Positions 62,615 to 64,000 of a DNA stretch of 64,000 bases are shown here, one piece after another. The stretch is taken from assembly GCF_037042905.1 (NCBI RefSeq), contig NC_087252.1, positions 19,904,001 to 19,968,000 of the forward strand, given 5' to 3'. Positions within the stretch are counted from its first letter, which is position 1, and every line of letters begins with the position of its first letter. The position numbers and the translations under genes were made by a program. The notes under the pieces are model-generated. The model ran no database searches. It was not told the DNA's origin and worked only from the letters and a program-made list of their open reading frames with translations. This DNA comes from Lytechinus pictus. Lineage: Eukaryota.

Positions 62615-63572
62615 TGTTACATGCATACATGTATATGCAAGAATCAACAGACTGCGCTCACTCTCTATGCACATCCAAATTCATAAATTTTAAATCACAA
62701 TGATCTACTTTTAGGTGCCATATCATAGAAACAATGAATGTTAATGCGTGCAATAGACAGAATCCTTCATGAGGTGAAAGATGAAATGATCCATTCAACT
62801 CGGCTACGCCTCGTTGAATGGATCATTTATTTGTTCTTTCATCGTGCAATGAACACAATCGAATGGATTCAAAATTGCAGGGTTGATGACATCATTGTAA
62901 AATGGGCTGAATGAATGACATCAATCAACCAATCAAATGACAAGGATCTATTGAGGTGTCATATATAAAAGCAAATAATTGATTTTTTGTTCATTCATGT
63001 AATAAAGAGAATGCGTCATTTGGAGTAAGATGAAATGATCCATTCAGCTTGGCTTGGCCTTGAATGGATCATCACCATCACACTCAAAAACATTCATACA
63101 TGTAGCCAAAGATAGTACAAGGGGAAGATCAGACACTTCAGTGATTGTTTGAAATGCTCCAAAATGCCCGATAAATGCTCATGGGGAAGGATGCCCACTA
63201 GTGTTGAGTAAGTACATGTACATGTAAACTGCATGTTTGGCACATCGGCACGCAGCTGTGTATAAAGCATATGGAGGAAATGAGAGAGGGGACTTTGGAG
63301 AGGGCTCAAGGGTGTTGCATTGGAATAATTCCACCTTGTATAAAAAAATTGAATGAAAATCATTTTAAATTAAATCCTCTATTCCTTCAACCCCTCACCA
63401 TTTCTCTCATGTTTTGTACACAACCATCTCGCGATACGCAAAGGTAAAAAAAAGGTTGTTACTTACTCAATGCTGTGGGGCGCTCTTCCCAAGCGTTTCA
63501 TTACGCAGTCTATGTACTGTCCGATCTTCCCCTTATGTAGTATCTTGGATGTTACATATATTGGGAATCATT

Positions 63573-64000
63573 GTACAGTAAATTACCAATTTGTCTACTG
63601 CCAACTCGTCCACTAACCAAATGGTCTACCTTCATTTGGTCTAATGCCATTGCAATGTATGTCCATCAACATTTTGTCTAATAACCATTTGGTCCAATAA
63701 CCATTTGGTCCAATCATCAATTCATCTAATCATCATTTAGTCTGACCATTTCGTCTAATAACCAGTTGGTCTAATATCCACTTCATTTTCACTCATTGTG
63801 CAAAATTAACACTTTAGTCCAATTAGACTAAACGGTACATGGACTAAATGGCTATGGGACCAACTGGTTATTAGACGGAATGGCATTAGACTATATGAAA
63901 ATAGACCATGTGGTGAATAGACGAACTGATGGTAGACAAAATGAAAGTACACGAGCTGCAATTGGACGAATTGGCATTAGACGAATTGGAAATAAACCCA
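63573..64000. mobile_element. Foldback MITE built from short gtcta/gtcca subrepeats
   Basis: Left arm rich in ttggtcta/ttcgtcta, right arm in the complementary tagac/tggac motifs. Confidence 0.55.

Noticed and set aside
63467..63570. Possible further upstream exon of gene A ending at gtaagt
   Set aside because: The only open frame ends in phase 2, has no LDLa or beta-domain similarity and no clear acceptor.

Overview
This is AT-rich, repeat-dense animal genomic DNA; the SINE/MITE types and the SUEL lectin suggest an invertebrate deuterostome such as a sea urchin (inference). Two spliced genes lie on the minus strand, reconstructed by hand from GT-AG boundaries and reading phase. Gene A (exons 61639 down to a stop at 14463; 5' end lies beyond the window) has 22 exons and about 1180 aa here. 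It contains 15 LDL-receptor class A (LDLa) repeats, one Ser/Thr/Pro mucin exon, and 4 copies of a cysteine-free ~125-133 aa beta-rich, possibly CUB-like domain, always in the order LDLa-X / beta domain / LDLa-Y. No transmembrane segment precedes the stop. Gene B (ATG at 6002, continuing below 1657) encodes a signal peptide, a SUEL/galactose-rhamnose-binding lectin domain and Ser/Thr/Ala-rich linker exons. The most unusual structure is a 6.7-kb, 100-bp-unit satellite (about 48660-55360) made of ~66 copies of the 3' half of an LDLa exon plus its splice donor. It has 2.2-kb and 0.5-kb higher-order periods, a short sister array at the paralogous exon, and loss of the GT mainly in the units nearest the real exon. 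A second, unrelated donor-junction triplication occurs at the mucin exon. Introns hold many MITEs (piggyBac-, Kolobok-, Tc1-, Harbinger-like), tRNA-derived SINEs, two Helentron-type elements, a 4.6-kb TIR element and a CR1 3' end. Most entries in the supplied ORF track are non-coding.
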